This document shows positions 33,068 to 43,537 of a DNA stretch of 64,000 nucleotides, piece after piece. The number at the start of each line of letters is the position of its first letter. Positions within the stretch are counted from its first letter, which is position 1. The notes beneath the pieces were generated by a model. The model ran no database searches. It was given only the letters and a program-made list of their open reading frames with translations, and was not told the origin of the DNA. The translations under genes and the position numbers were made by a program. Source of the stretch: a virus; the IMG/VR virus record IMGVR_UViG_3300025732_000019, one strand, 5' to 3'.

Positions 33068-35614
33068 ATGCTGCATCCGTCGCAAAAGCCTAAGTTTTCC
33101 GGCACGTTCGATTCATCGCTACTATACACCTATACCGCTACCATCAGCAATCGTTGCTACATCCGTGGCCGCGATGCTGATGGAGCACCCCACTTTCTCG
33201 AACTCAAGTATCAACCCACATATTATTTGCCGACGACGGAACACACCGGCGTATCGGCGCTCGACGGCACACCATTGTTGCCGCACACATGCGACTCCAT
33301 TGCTGACGGTCGTGAATTTCTTGAATCGCATTCTGACGCGTATGGAAACATTCAACCCGAGTATATGGCGCTATCTGATATGTACGGGGCCACTGAAATC
33401 CTTCCTGACATGTCGCGTCTCTATATCTGGAACATTGATATCGAAGTCGAATCGGATACGGCATTTGCTCCGCCCGATGATCCTTTCAATGCAATCACCA
33501 CGATTACCGTCAAGTGGCGCCACAGCAATCAATCGGGTGTCGTCGTCTATGGCACCAAACCCTACAATCCACCCGACACGATAACCTACAAACAGTGCGC
33601 GGATGAGCGGGCGCTGCTGACAGAGTTTCTACGTGACTGGAGAGGTCAGCGTGACTATCCTGATATCATTACGGGCTGGAACATTCAATTTTACGATATT
33701 CCCTACATCGTCAATCGCATGCGACGGGTGCTCTCGGATGAGCAGACGCTGAAACTGTCACCGTTCGAACGACTGGCAGAACGCCGCGTAACGTTGAATG
33801 GGCGTGATCAAACCGTCGTCGATATTCGCGGCATCAATATTCTCGATTACTACGAACTCTACCGAAAGTTCACATACTCGCAACAGGAAAGTTATCGACT
33901 CGATCACATTGCGCACGTGGAACTCGGAAAACGGAAATTGTCGTATTCAGAATACCAATCACTGGCGCAGTTGTATCGTGAAAACTTCTCCAAGTTTATC
34001 GAGTATAACGTGCGCGACGTGGAACTTGTCGATGAACTCGATCAAAAACTCAAGCTCATCGAACTAGTGTGCGCGTTGGCCTACAGCGCAAAAGCAAACT
34101 ATGTCGATACGTTTCGGCAAGTGCGGCTGTGGGATATCATGATCTACCACTACTTGCGAGAGCGACAGATTCAGATTCCGCCGCGCCGCGAGGTTGAGAA
34201 AACTGAGCAGTATGCAGGCGCGTATGTGAAAGATCCGCTTGTCGGGCAGCATCAATGGGTCGTCTCTTACGATCTTGCGTCGATGTATCCACATATTATT
34301 CGTCAGTGGAATTTGTCGCCGGAAACGATTATTGAGAAGTGTGATACCGCATCCGACATTGACGCGTTGTTGACGCACGCCCCGATTGCAGAACTCTATG
34401 CCGCAGGCGAACACATGGTAGATGGTTACGCGTATGCGGCGAATGGTGTATTGACGCGGCGAGATGCTGAAGGATTTCTCCCGGCGATGCTAAAAACTCT
34501 GTACGACGAACGTGTGAAGTTCAAGCGTTTAGCGACAGAAGCGAAACAGAAACGGGAGACGGTTGCGAAAACGTCGCCCGAATACGCAGAATTGAGCAAG
34601 CTGATCGCAGCGTATAACAATCAGCAACTTGTTCGTAAGGTGAACCTCAACTCTGCGTACGGCGCACTCGGCAGTAACTACTTCCGCTTCTACGATCTCA
34701 ATCTAGCAGAAGCGGTGACAATCACTGGCCAACTCGTCATTCGATGGATTGCGCGTGACGTGAATGCGTATTTGAATACCGTGCTGCGGAGTTCAGCGGA
34801 TTACATCATTGCATCGGATACCGATTCGATCTACATCAATCTCGGGGCGCTTGTCTCCGCACAAGAGGCGTTTCGTGAAAAGAATACGCATCAGATCGTG
34901 ACGATGTTGGATCGCTTCTGCGAACAACGGCTTCAATCTGTTATCGACGCGTCATTGGCATCCCTCGCTAAATATATGAATGTCGCGGTACCGTGCTTAT
35001 CAATGAAGCGAGAGATTATCGCCGATAAGGGTGTTTGGACAGCCAAGAAGCGATACATGTTGAACGTCTACGACACGGAAGGTGTGCGTCATACAGAACC
35101 GAAACTCAAGATGATGGGTATCGAAGCGGTGAAGTCATCGACGCCCACGATTGCGCGTGACATTCTCACGCATGCGATTGAGTTGCTGTTGCGTGGGTCA
35201 CAAGAAGATATCTGGGCATATATCAAGTCATCCCGTGCGCGGTTTGAATCCGCATCGTTCGCAGACATTGCGATGCCTCGTTCTGTGAATGGATTGACAC
35301 GGTATCAGAATGCAGAAAAGGGTATCCCGATTCACGTGAAAGGCGCTATCGTCTACAATAAGAAGATCGCCTCGCAGGGGTTATCACATCTGGAAGCCAT
35401 TCGTGATGGCGCAAAGATTCGATTTGCATATCTGCGAAACATGAACCCGTTTGGTACACACGTGCTCTCTGCACCGCATGAATGCCCACCAGAATGGCAG
35501 ATCGAACGGTACATAGACTATGAGAAGCAATTTCAGATTGCCGTGCTCGATCCGCTCAACGCCATTCTGCAACATGTGCAGTGGAGTGCGGAATACGAGC
35601 CGTCATTATTCTAA
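33068..35614 (+). CDS. 43: family B DNA polymerase
   Basis: DIE exonuclease motif, DLASMYP, KVNLNSAYG, SDTDS, KKRY. Confidence 0.97.
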   Translation: MLHPSQKPKFSGTFDSSLLYTYTATISNRCYIRGRDADGAPHFLELKYQPTYYLPTTEHTGVSALDGTPLLPHTCDSIADGREFLESHSDAYGNIQPEYMALSDMYGATEILPDMSRLYIWNIDIEVESDTAFAPPDDPFNAITTITVKWRHSNQSGVVVYGTKPYNPPDTITYKQCADERALLTEFLRDWRGQRDYPDIITGWNIQFYDIPYIVNRMRRVLSDEQTLKLSPFERLAERRVTLNGRDQTVVDIRGINILDYYELYRKFTYSQQESYRLDHIAHVELGKRKLSYSEYQSLAQLYRENFSKFIEYNVRDVELVDELDQKLKLIELVCALAYSAKANYVDTFRQVRLWDIMIYHYLRERQIQIPPRREVEKTEQYAGAYVKDPLVGQHQWVVSYDLASMYPHIIRQWNLSPETIIEKCDTASDIDALLTHAPIAELYAAGEHMVDGYAYAANGVLTRRDAEGFLPAMLKTLYDERVKFKRLATEAKQKRETVAKTSPEYAELSKLIAAYNNQQLVRKVNLNSAYGALGSNYFRFYDLNLAEAVTITGQLVIRWIARDVNAYLNTVLRSSADYIIASDTDSIYINLGALVSAQEAFREKNTHQIVTMLDRFCEQRLQSVIDASLASLAKYMNVAVPCLSMKREIIADKGVWTAKKRYMLNVYDTEGVRHTEPKLKMMGIEAVKSSTPTIARDILTHAIELLLRGSQEDIWAYIKSSRARFESASFADIAMPRSVNGLTRYQNAEKGIPIHVKGAIVYNKKIASQGLSHLEAIRDGAKIRFAYLRNMNPFGTHVLSAPHECPPEWQIERYIDYEKQFQIAVLDPLNAILQHVQWSAEYEPSLF

Positions 35615-35625
35615 GGAACTATTGT

Positions 35626-36696
35626 ATGCATCGTCACATTCTTCGTGCGCTGTTATTTCTCACAGGGTTATTGCTGTCAAGCATTGCGGCATTCTATTCC
35701 GTGACAGGTCTTGCGCACATCTTTAGTGGTGCGTTAGTGCCTGTCATGGTTATGGGAAGCGCGTTAGAGTTAGCAAAACTCGTTGGCGCGTCATGGGTAT
35801 TTCGGCATTGGCGCGACGCCCCCAAAATGCTGACCGCATACGTCAGCGTGGGTATTCTTGTGCTCATGATGCTCACGGGTGTTGGCATCTTCGGGTATCT
35901 CTCCAGAGCGTATTTGGTGCAGCAAGCTCCGTTGGCGGCAGCGGCCGCCGAACGCACGACACTGGAACGTGCCGTCACATTAGCGAAAGATGCATACACA
36001 CGTGATGAAAATGCGCTCGAAACGTTCTCATCGAAGAATGCCGGCGATCAGATCATTGCTCGGCTCACAGAAAGGGATCGGTTATCGGGAAACTCGGGTG
36101 CGGTCAATGTGCTACGGTCGCAGCAAACACTCCAACGCGAACTACAGACACGTGCTCGCGAGAGTGCCAAAGAATTACAGGTAGCAGAACAAGCACTTGC
36201 CGTCTTCAATCAGCGCACACAAGAGCAAACCGTTGATATTGGCCCATTGCTGTTCATTGCAAAAGCGTGGTATCGTGATACGTCTGTAGATGTGCTGGAT
36301 CGAACCGTCACCATTTTTATTCTCATCATTATCTCGGTGTTCGACCCGATGGCAATTGCGTTACTCCTCGCAGCACAGTCATTGGCACGGGAACCTGTAG
36401 GGTCGACAAACGAACCTGATAAGGTTGACAATACTTCGCCTAACATTGACAATACTCCGGAACTCACGCTAACGCCTGCGGTTCCCGATCCCTCTGCGTT
36501 GTACGTTGTCGCCAGCATACCCCCAAATACGGCAAACACCGTCGTTCCCGAAAGCAATTCAGTCATATCTTCCGCGACAGATACGAGCACGTTGGCCGAT
36601 CCGGTCTTGAGTGCTCCGTTGCCCATCGAACGCCCTAAGCACGCCCGAGCACGTCGAGTACGTTCTGCAGAAGCACATCGACTTTCACATTCATAA
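35626..36696 (+). CDS. conserved phage membrane/coiled-coil protein
   Basis: AAFYSV.GL..IF, LELAKL, GIFGYLS.A, GPL..IA, VFDP.A. Confidence 0.8.
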   Translation: MHRHILRALLFLTGLLLSSIAAFYSVTGLAHIFSGALVPVMVMGSALELAKLVGASWVFRHWRDAPKMLTAYVSVGILVLMMLTGVGIFGYLSRAYLVQQAPLAAAAAERTTLERAVTLAKDAYTRDENALETFSSKNAGDQIIARLTERDRLSGNSGAVNVLRSQQTLQRELQTRARESAKELQVAEQALAVFNQRTQEQTVDIGPLLFIAKAWYRDTSVDVLDRTVTIFILIIISVFDPMAIALLLAAQSLAREPVGSTNEPDKVDNTSPNIDNTPELTLTPAVPDPSALYVVASIPPNTANTVVPESNSVISSATDTSTLADPVLSAPLPIERPKHARARRVRSAEAHRLSHS

Positions 36697-36777
36697 TGTT
36701 GTATCGTGGTATAATGTGATGAACATGTTTCATAAGAATAATACCTTTCACTGTGTGTTTATGGTTTAGGAGTTTTC

Positions 36778-37842
36778 ATGGCCAAAGATTTCTTTCGTCA
36801 GTTTGTAGCAGACATTGACGACCCCGATACAGCATTGGCGTCCGAGGGTAAAAGCGCAGCCGAATATTCTGGCTTTATTGATAGTGGAAGTTATATCCTC
36901 AATGCCGCATTGTCTGGCAGTTTATTTGGTGGACTACCCAACAATAAAGCGTTAGTACTGGCAGGTGATCCCGCTGTGGGCAAGTCATTTTTTGCACTGT
37001 CAATCGCTGCAAATTTTCTTTTGACCAGCGAAAAGGCGCGTGTGGTGTATTTCGATACAGAATCTGCCATCACGAATGATATGCTGACATCGCGAGGCAT
37101 CCAACTCGACAGAATCGTCAAATCAGAACCGGAGTCTATTGAACGCTTTCGAACTGTTGCAGTCAAAATGCTCGATGCATACGCAAAGATTCCCGTTGAA
37201 GACCGGTTCCCGCTACTGTTTATTCTCGACTCTCTTTCAGCACTTCCGAGCGGAAAAGAAGTCGGTGATATTACAGAAGGTAAAGACACCCGCGATATGA
37301 CGAAAAGTCAATTGATTCGTGGCGCGTTTCGTGTCTTGCGTCTTAAGATGGCGAAGTTACAAGTACCGATGATTATTACTTCACACACATATGCGATTAT
37401 CGGGGCGTATGTGCCTACAAAGGAAATCGCCGGCGGGAATGGAGCAAAATACGCGGCCGATACGATTGTGTTGCTAAGTAAGCGAAAAGACCGCGATAGT
37501 GAAAAGGAAGTGGTGGGGAACATTATCACAGCGCGTATGGCAAAGTCGCGACTCACCAAAGAAGAAACAAAGATTGATACGCGCATTCTATTTGACGGCG
37601 GCCTTGATCGCTACTATGGGTTGCTTGAATACGGCGAGAGCGCAGGCATCGTCAAGCGCGTTGGGAACAAGTACGAGTTCCCCGACGGCACCAAGGCATT
37701 CGAGAAGGCGATCTTCGCCACTCCGGAAAAGTTCTTTACTGAAGACGTGCTCAAGCAGATCGACGCGCACATGCAGTCAGTGTTTCTTTACAGTGCTGCC
37801 ACAACGAATACGTCGAACGTGGAAGTTGAGGACGAGGAGTAA
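36778..37842 (+). CDS. uvsX: RecA-like recombinase
   Basis: GSYILNA.LSGS, GKSFF, DSL, DMT, GG.G.KYAA. Confidence 0.95.
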   Translation: MAKDFFRQFVADIDDPDTALASEGKSAAEYSGFIDSGSYILNAALSGSLFGGLPNNKALVLAGDPAVGKSFFALSIAANFLLTSEKARVVYFDTESAITNDMLTSRGIQLDRIVKSEPESIERFRTVAVKMLDAYAKIPVEDRFPLLFILDSLSALPSGKEVGDITEGKDTRDMTKSQLIRGAFRVLRLKMAKLQVPMIITSHTYAIIGAYVPTKEIAGGNGAKYAADTIVLLSKRKDRDSEKEVVGNIITARMAKSRLTKEETKIDTRILFDGGLDRYYGLLEYGESAGIVKRVGNKYEFPDGTKAFEKAIFATPEKFFTEDVLKQIDAHMQSVFLYSAATTNTSNVEVEDEE

Positions 37843-38174
37843 TGGAACCCATCGACACCAATATCCTGACGACGATCATTCCAAGACTCATTCCCGTTAC
37901 GCATGGTGATCCCATCCTTGGGTTGGAGATCATCAAAGGGCCATATATCGGAGTGACGTTCTCATTTAAGCGGTTTGTCGTTTCCAATGGACTGACCCCG
38001 GACGGCATGGTGCCAACAAAGTTTGAGACGGAGGTGCATTCCGCGCCCGAAGGGTTTTATGTGACAGAAGACTTCGATCTGTTCTGCGGTGAAGTGTTGT
38101 TGGCATGGCTGCATCACATTTCGTTGTCAAATTTTGATATACTGCTAAACGCAGAAACTAAAGGTTTGCACTAA
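37842..38174 (+). CDS. probable gp40-like head vertex assembly chaperone
   Basis: position between uvsX and 41; I..GPY.GV motif. Confidence 0.5.
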   Translation: MEPIDTNILTTIIPRLIPVTHGDPILGLEIIKGPYIGVTFSFKRFVVSNGLTPDGMVPTKFETEVHSAPEGFYVTEDFDLFCGEVLLAWLHHISLSNFDILLNAETKGLH

Positions 38175-39604
38175 TGACTTTGTTAGAACAAACGATCCTT
38201 CGCCAGTTGATGGCGTCGCAGGCGTTTGCGGAACAAGTGACTCCGTACTTGAAGCAGGAGTATTTTCCGACAAATAGTTGTGCCACGCTGTACACCGTGT
38301 TCTTAGAGTTTTTTGAGAAGTATCGGCAACTGCCTTCGTTCACCGCTGTGCGGTTGGGCGTTGACAACCAACACGATCTATCGGAAGGCGCCCTGAAAGA
38401 GGCGCTTTCTGCACTCACACAGGTGGAAGCATCGGATGCTCTTAATGAAGAGACACAAAGCGACTACCTTCTCAAAGAGACGGAGAAGTTTTGTCAAGAC
38501 CGCGCATTGTATTGTGCGTTACGCAAAAGCGTCTCGATGCTTGATGACCCGAAAGCCTCTCCACATGCGATTCCCGATCTGCTGAAAGAAGCTCTCGGTG
38601 TGAGCTTCGACACGCACGTTGGTCATGACTTCTTTGCCCAAGCCGAACAACGGTATGACTTTTATCATCAAGCGGAGTCGCGTATTCCGTTTGACTTGAA
38701 CATCTTCAATGACATGACAAAAGGTGGCGTTCCCTCGAAGACATTGAACATTGTTCTCGCAGGTACCAATGTTGGCAAGTCGCTATTTCTTGTGCATCTC
38801 GCAGCCGCGTGTCTGCGTATGAGTAAGAAGGTGCTCTACGTGACGCTGGAAATGGCCGAGGAGCGTATTGCTGAACGCATCGATGCCAACATGCTCGACA
38901 TTCCGATGGATGACTTGATTGCATTACCGCGAGAACGCTACTTGAAGAAGTTGAACACCCTTCAGCAAACCTCAACTGGCCGCGTCATCATCAAAGAATA
39001 CCCTACGGCAACTGCACATACCGGTCACTTTCGAGCGTTGCTGCACGAACTGAAAATGAAGCAGAACTTCAAACCCGATATTCTGTTTGTAGACTATATC
39101 TCGATTTGTGCCTCAGCGCGAATCAAGATGGGTAATGCGATCAACTCCTACACGTACAACAAGTTCATCGCAGAAGAACTGCGAGGCCTCGCTGTCGAAC
39201 AGAACATTCCCGTCTGGACGGCGGCACAGTTCAATCGTCAGGGGTTTGCGTCAAGCGATCCTGACTTGTCAAATGTTGGCGAGAGCTTTGGTATTCCACA
39301 GACAGCAGACTTCATGCTGGCATTGACGACTTCTGAGGAGCTTGAACGCAATAACCAGATTCAAGCGTATGTGCTTAAGAACCGCTATGCAAAACGAAAC
39401 AGCTTTCAAAAGTTTGTTCTCGGTGTCGATACGAGCCGTATGAAACTGTATGAAACAAACCTCAATGGTGCGACGGGAGAGAATGCCGCGCAGCAAAGTG
39501 CCGGATTTCCCAAAGATTTCAATATGCTGCCAGCTTCCGAGGGTATCCGCCGTATGGCATCACGTCGAAAGCCCCTTACACACTTGAAAACCACAGAAGA
39601 CTGA
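38174..39604 (+). CDS. 41: replicative DNA helicase
   Basis: AGTNVGKS, LEMAEE, KEYPT, VDY, AEELRG, ESFG.P. Confidence 0.96.
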   Translation: MTLLEQTILRQLMASQAFAEQVTPYLKQEYFPTNSCATLYTVFLEFFEKYRQLPSFTAVRLGVDNQHDLSEGALKEALSALTQVEASDALNEETQSDYLLKETEKFCQDRALYCALRKSVSMLDDPKASPHAIPDLLKEALGVSFDTHVGHDFFAQAEQRYDFYHQAESRIPFDLNIFNDMTKGGVPSKTLNIVLAGTNVGKSLFLVHLAAACLRMSKKVLYVTLEMAEERIAERIDANMLDIPMDDLIALPRERYLKKLNTLQQTSTGRVIIKEYPTATAHTGHFRALLHELKMKQNFKPDILFVDYISICASARIKMGNAINSYTYNKFIAEELRGLAVEQNIPVWTAAQFNRQGFASSDPDLSNVGESFGIPQTADFMLALTTSEELERNNQIQAYVLKNRYAKRNSFQKFVLGVDTSRMKLYETNLNGATGENAAQQSAGFPKDFNMLPASEGIRRMASRRKPLTHLKTTED

Positions 39605-39661
39605 GGTATAATAGACGCATGATATTGGGTGCCGCACCTAAATATCGATAAGGAGGTCTTC

Positions 39662-40423
39662 ATGCGTCTTGATGCGCTCCATCGTCGGGTCGTTATGGAT
39701 GCGCGGGTGATACAACAGAAAGTCAATGACGTCTTTCCCCGAAAACTTCCTGCCGAATATCGCGGGCGGGCGACAAATATTCAAGCATTTTTGAATCGTT
39801 TGAATACCGTTACAGAACCTTTTGGTGTGAGAAACGTTATTGTTGATGACCCGCGTTTGCTCAAAAATGTCAACAAAATGACTGCGTACTGGATAGCCGA
39901 ACGAGAACTTCCATACGAACAGTCAATGGCAGACATCCGCCTCGAATGGCATGTACACCCACAAGCACATCGTATAGTGTGGAATGTCCGCACATGGGCG
40001 CAGCGTCGATTCTTTTTCTGGACATTCTTGATGCACGAACTATGTCATCGACATCAGAATATCTATCGGGAAAATCGCGACCAGCACGAATCCCGCACCT
40101 ATCGCTCGGATGCCACGCATGAGGATATACGAAGCGATCAGGAGTATCTTGGCGACTATGATGAAATAGAAGCCTATGCGCACGACGTTGCGTTTGAAAT
40201 GCTTATTCAATTCCCCGAATTGTCATTCACGGAAGCGTTGAGTGCGGTTGCGGGGCAAGCTGATGCAGACGACCCGTCATCGTATAGCTTTTTCATGAAA
40301 GCCTTTGAGACGTCACCCAAACATCCCGCACTGAAGATTTTCCAAAAAAAGATTCGACAATGGTATCGAATCTTGAGTGGAAACATGGAATTTTACCATT
40401 CACTTCATTTGGATATCATATAA
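39662..40423 (+). CDS. HExxH zincin-like protein
   Basis: HELCH...YL...DEIEAYA; AGGAGG RBS and late promoter. Confidence 0.7.
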   Translation: MRLDALHRRVVMDARVIQQKVNDVFPRKLPAEYRGRATNIQAFLNRLNTVTEPFGVRNVIVDDPRLLKNVNKMTAYWIAERELPYEQSMADIRLEWHVHPQAHRIVWNVRTWAQRRFFFWTFLMHELCHRHQNIYRENRDQHESRTYRSDATHEDIRSDQEYLGDYDEIEAYAHDVAFEMLIQFPELSFTEALSAVAGQADADDPSSYSFFMKAFETSPKHPALKIFQKKIRQWYRILSGNMEFYHSLHLDII

Positions 40424-40433
40424 GTACTGACCT

Positions 40434-41675
40434 ATGACGCTACCATCATTTCGTGGATTTCTCGAAGAATCTGCTCCGACAGGAAAACTCACCCACCTGC
40501 AACATTTAGAAGATTTGGTGCTCGATGAAGGTATTGCCGGGCTGGCGTTGGCGGAAGAAGTTCTCCGAGAATTTCATGTCATGCTGCGCGACGGCGGCGT
40601 GTCCCGTTCCATGAATGTACGCACGAAATGGGATGGTGCACCGTCAGTTGTTTTCGGCCACGATCCCGCTGACGGTCAATTCTTTGTCGCAACAAAAGCT
40701 GCCTTCAGTAAAACTCCCAAGCTGATGAAGACGCACGATCAGATTGTCGCAGCCTATGGCGATTCCGGTGTCGCCAACAAGCTGCATACGTGCTTGAGTG
40801 AACTTGCGCTGTTGCGGCCGAAACACATCTTTCAGGGTGACTTAATTTTCACGGATGACGTGCGGGAACAACATATCGACGGCGCCGACTATCTGACGTT
40901 TCGACCGAATACGATTCTGTATGCGGTGGACAAGCACAGCGAGTTCGGTCAACGCATCGCCCGCGCACAACTTGGAATCGTCTTACACAGCATGTATGAG
41001 GGGCATGGAAACTCCTTTGCGAACTATCATGTCGTCTCAACGTCGCCAATGGCGTTTGCGTCATTAGCGCATTCGAGCCGTGTTGTCGCGATTGATAATA
41101 CCTTCGATGATCTCTCCGGTACTGTCACATTCACCGATACCGAAGAAACGGATTTTGTGTTGGCGATGCATCGGATCCGAGAGATTGCCGGTAAAGTACC
41201 TGCCAGCACCATTTCGCTGTTTTCCACGAAACCCCTGCATCCGCTGATTCAGCAATTTTTGAACGCCCGTGTGCGTAGTGGTGCGCATGCAGGCTCCGGT
41301 AGTCGTGCGTTACAGGAATTGGTCAGCTTTCTGACGGATCGCCGCGATAAGGAAATATCGGAACGAAAAACACCTGAAGGCCAAGACCGCATTCGCGCAC
41401 AGTTTGACGGATGGTTGCGAGATCTGATGCAGCATAAAGACCATGCGGAGATGTGGTTCAATCTGCATGCTGCGCTGAATACCGCCAAAATACTGGTACT
41501 CCGCAAACTGGCACAAGCAAAGAACGTCGCGACGTTTGTACCAACACCCGAAGGCCTCCGCGCTACCAGTCATGAGGGATTCGTGGCAACGTCGCATAGC
41601 GGTCGGATGGTGAAATTGGTGGATCGGTTGGAGTTCTCCCGCAACAATTTTTTGGTGCCTAAGCAGTGGGCATAG
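40434..41675 (+). CDS. T4-like conserved KxDG (ligase-like) protein, DUF6267-like
   Basis: SFRGFLEE; THL.HLED; TKWDGAP; QGD; EGFV; KLVDRLEFS. Confidence 0.8.
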   Translation: MTLPSFRGFLEESAPTGKLTHLQHLEDLVLDEGIAGLALAEEVLREFHVMLRDGGVSRSMNVRTKWDGAPSVVFGHDPADGQFFVATKAAFSKTPKLMKTHDQIVAAYGDSGVANKLHTCLSELALLRPKHIFQGDLIFTDDVREQHIDGADYLTFRPNTILYAVDKHSEFGQRIARAQLGIVLHSMYEGHGNSFANYHVVSTSPMAFASLAHSSRVVAIDNTFDDLSGTVTFTDTEETDFVLAMHRIREIAGKVPASTISLFSTKPLHPLIQQFLNARVRSGAHAGSGSRALQELVSFLTDRRDKEISERKTPEGQDRIRAQFDGWLRDLMQHKDHAEMWFNLHAALNTAKILVLRKLAQAKNVATFVPTPEGLRATSHEGFVATSHSGRMVKLVDRLEFSRNNFLVPKQWA

Positions 41676-41699
41676 GGTTGAAAAACTCTAAATACTCAT

Positions 41700-43523
41700 A
41701 TGCCGTCATTGTATAGACCCATCGTCATTGGATTCGGTCGGTTCAATCCGCCGACGACGGGTCATGCGCAACATATTGAGTTTATTCGCAAACAAGCCGA
41801 GCGGTTGCATGCGGATCATCGCATCTATGCGTCTGTATCGCAGGATCCGAGAAAGAACCCGTTGCCGTTTAGTGAGAAAGTGCGCTTTTTGGAACAACTG
41901 TTCCCACATGCGAAGTTCAGCACGAATGCAGGTGTGCGCACACCATTTGCTGCATTTTCCGAATGTGCAGCGGCAGGCTATACGGATTTGTTCGTTGTGG
42001 TAAGCGGAGAGCGCGTACCGGAGTTTCAACGTTTCGCTAAATACTTTGCGAAGCCTGGCACGCCGGGATACCGTGAAGGATCGTCGATTCCCATGTCGTA
42101 TACGGTAGTCGATTCTGGTCGAAGCATGAACACCGAGCATCGTGTTTCAGGCACACAACAACGTCGATTTGCATCAGACGGAAACTATGCTGCATTTCGA
42201 CAGCACGTGCCAACAACGAGTGATCAAATTGCGAAAAACTTATACCGTAGCGTAAGAGTTCATATGGGATTACACGAAATGTTCAACGTCATATCTGGTC
42301 AGTTTGCCATCAATCTGTTCGAAGCGCACGACACGTATGCCGTCATGGCCATCGAGCACGATAGGGTGGTATGGCAAATGTGGGATGTCGAGAAGAGTGT
42401 AATCACTCTCGCCGCAAAAACAGCACGTGAAAAGCATCCGCATGCGACCGTTTCCGTGGAGAACAAAAGCGGAAAGATCGTCAAGGTGTTCAAGCCGGGC
42501 GAGGCGATTCATGAGGCCAATTCCCCGAACGTGCGCTGTGCTGAATGTGGCGACATTCTAACGCCCAAGGAACGTCAAAAAGCATCCGGCACGTGTGATA
42601 TGTGTGACTTAGAGCATCGCGACAAGATGGATCGCAAGCGGATGTATGAAGACCATATTAAGGTAGGTGACTACGTGCACGCCGGGTTTGCGGTCAAGGG
42701 TGGTGCAGGGTTCTCCGGCCGCGTGGATAAGATCGAGGGCAACCGCGTCTACGTGAACGTCAGCAAAGACAAGTCTGTGCGGATGAAAGATGACCCCAAG
42801 TGGGGCGACCGTATCATTATCGCACCGATGAAAAACGTCACGGTGCAGGAAGCGATTCACGCGACGTTTGGTCAGAAGATGACCGCAGCATCGATTGTCT
42901 ACAAAGCGATCACGGGTGAGCATCGTATTCCGTCGCACCTCGAATCACCGGAAGCATTGGTGAATGCGGCGATACTGGTGTTTGCGGATCCGAATAAGCG
43001 ACTGACACCGGAAGGATGGAAGATTGCCGGGCAAATGCTTCAAAAGATGGATGAACTGGGTGTGAAGTGGAATAAAGCGTCTCTCCGTCCTCTGACCCTT
43101 CGCGCTCTCGGTTTGACGTCGATACACGAAGAACGAATGCCGTTGAAAGGTCATCCGTGGCATCGTAAGAGTGACGAGGAACTTCGGTACATCATTCGCG
43201 ATGCTGGCAAAGCTGCGGAAGCGATGCGTGGCCATAATCGCACGGCGGAAGACAAGTATCGTGACCAAGTGAACGACGCGAGCAGCATTCTCTACTACCG
43301 TCGTAATGGTGGAAAGCGTATCGAAGAGGCCGAAGTCTCCACACCGAAAGAACCGACAGAAGCGGATCGTCTTCGCACAAAACAGCAACAAGAGTTGATC
43401 ACATTGAAACAGCGCCAAGCGAACGATATGATGGCGGCCAAGCTTCGCGATGTACAACAGAAGACACGAGAACAGCAACAGAAACTCAACGCACCGAAGC
43501 CTGCCGCAAAACCGGCATCTTAA
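41700..43523 (+). CDS. cytidylyltransferase-like domain plus multi-module polyprotein
   Basis: FGRFNPPTTGH, KNPL, SGT..R; then modules separated by xxE sites. Confidence 0.85.
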   Translation: MPSLYRPIVIGFGRFNPPTTGHAQHIEFIRKQAERLHADHRIYASVSQDPRKNPLPFSEKVRFLEQLFPHAKFSTNAGVRTPFAAFSECAAAGYTDLFVVVSGERVPEFQRFAKYFAKPGTPGYREGSSIPMSYTVVDSGRSMNTEHRVSGTQQRRFASDGNYAAFRQHVPTTSDQIAKNLYRSVRVHMGLHEMFNVISGQFAINLFEAHDTYAVMAIEHDRVVWQMWDVEKSVITLAAKTAREKHPHATVSVENKSGKIVKVFKPGEAIHEANSPNVRCAECGDILTPKERQKASGTCDMCDLEHRDKMDRKRMYEDHIKVGDYVHAGFAVKGGAGFSGRVDKIEGNRVYVNVSKDKSVRMKDDPKWGDRIIIAPMKNVTVQEAIHATFGQKMTAASIVYKAITGEHRIPSHLESPEALVNAAILVFADPNKRLTPEGWKIAGQMLQKMDELGVKWNKASLRPLTLRALGLTSIHEERMPLKGHPWHRKSDEELRYIIRDAGKAAEAMRGHNRTAEDKYRDQVNDASSILYYRRNGGKRIEEAEVSTPKEPTEADRLRTKQQQELITLKQRQANDMMAAKLRDVQQKTREQQQKLNAPKPAAKPAS

Positions 43524-43537
43524 CGAAGGAGTAACAC

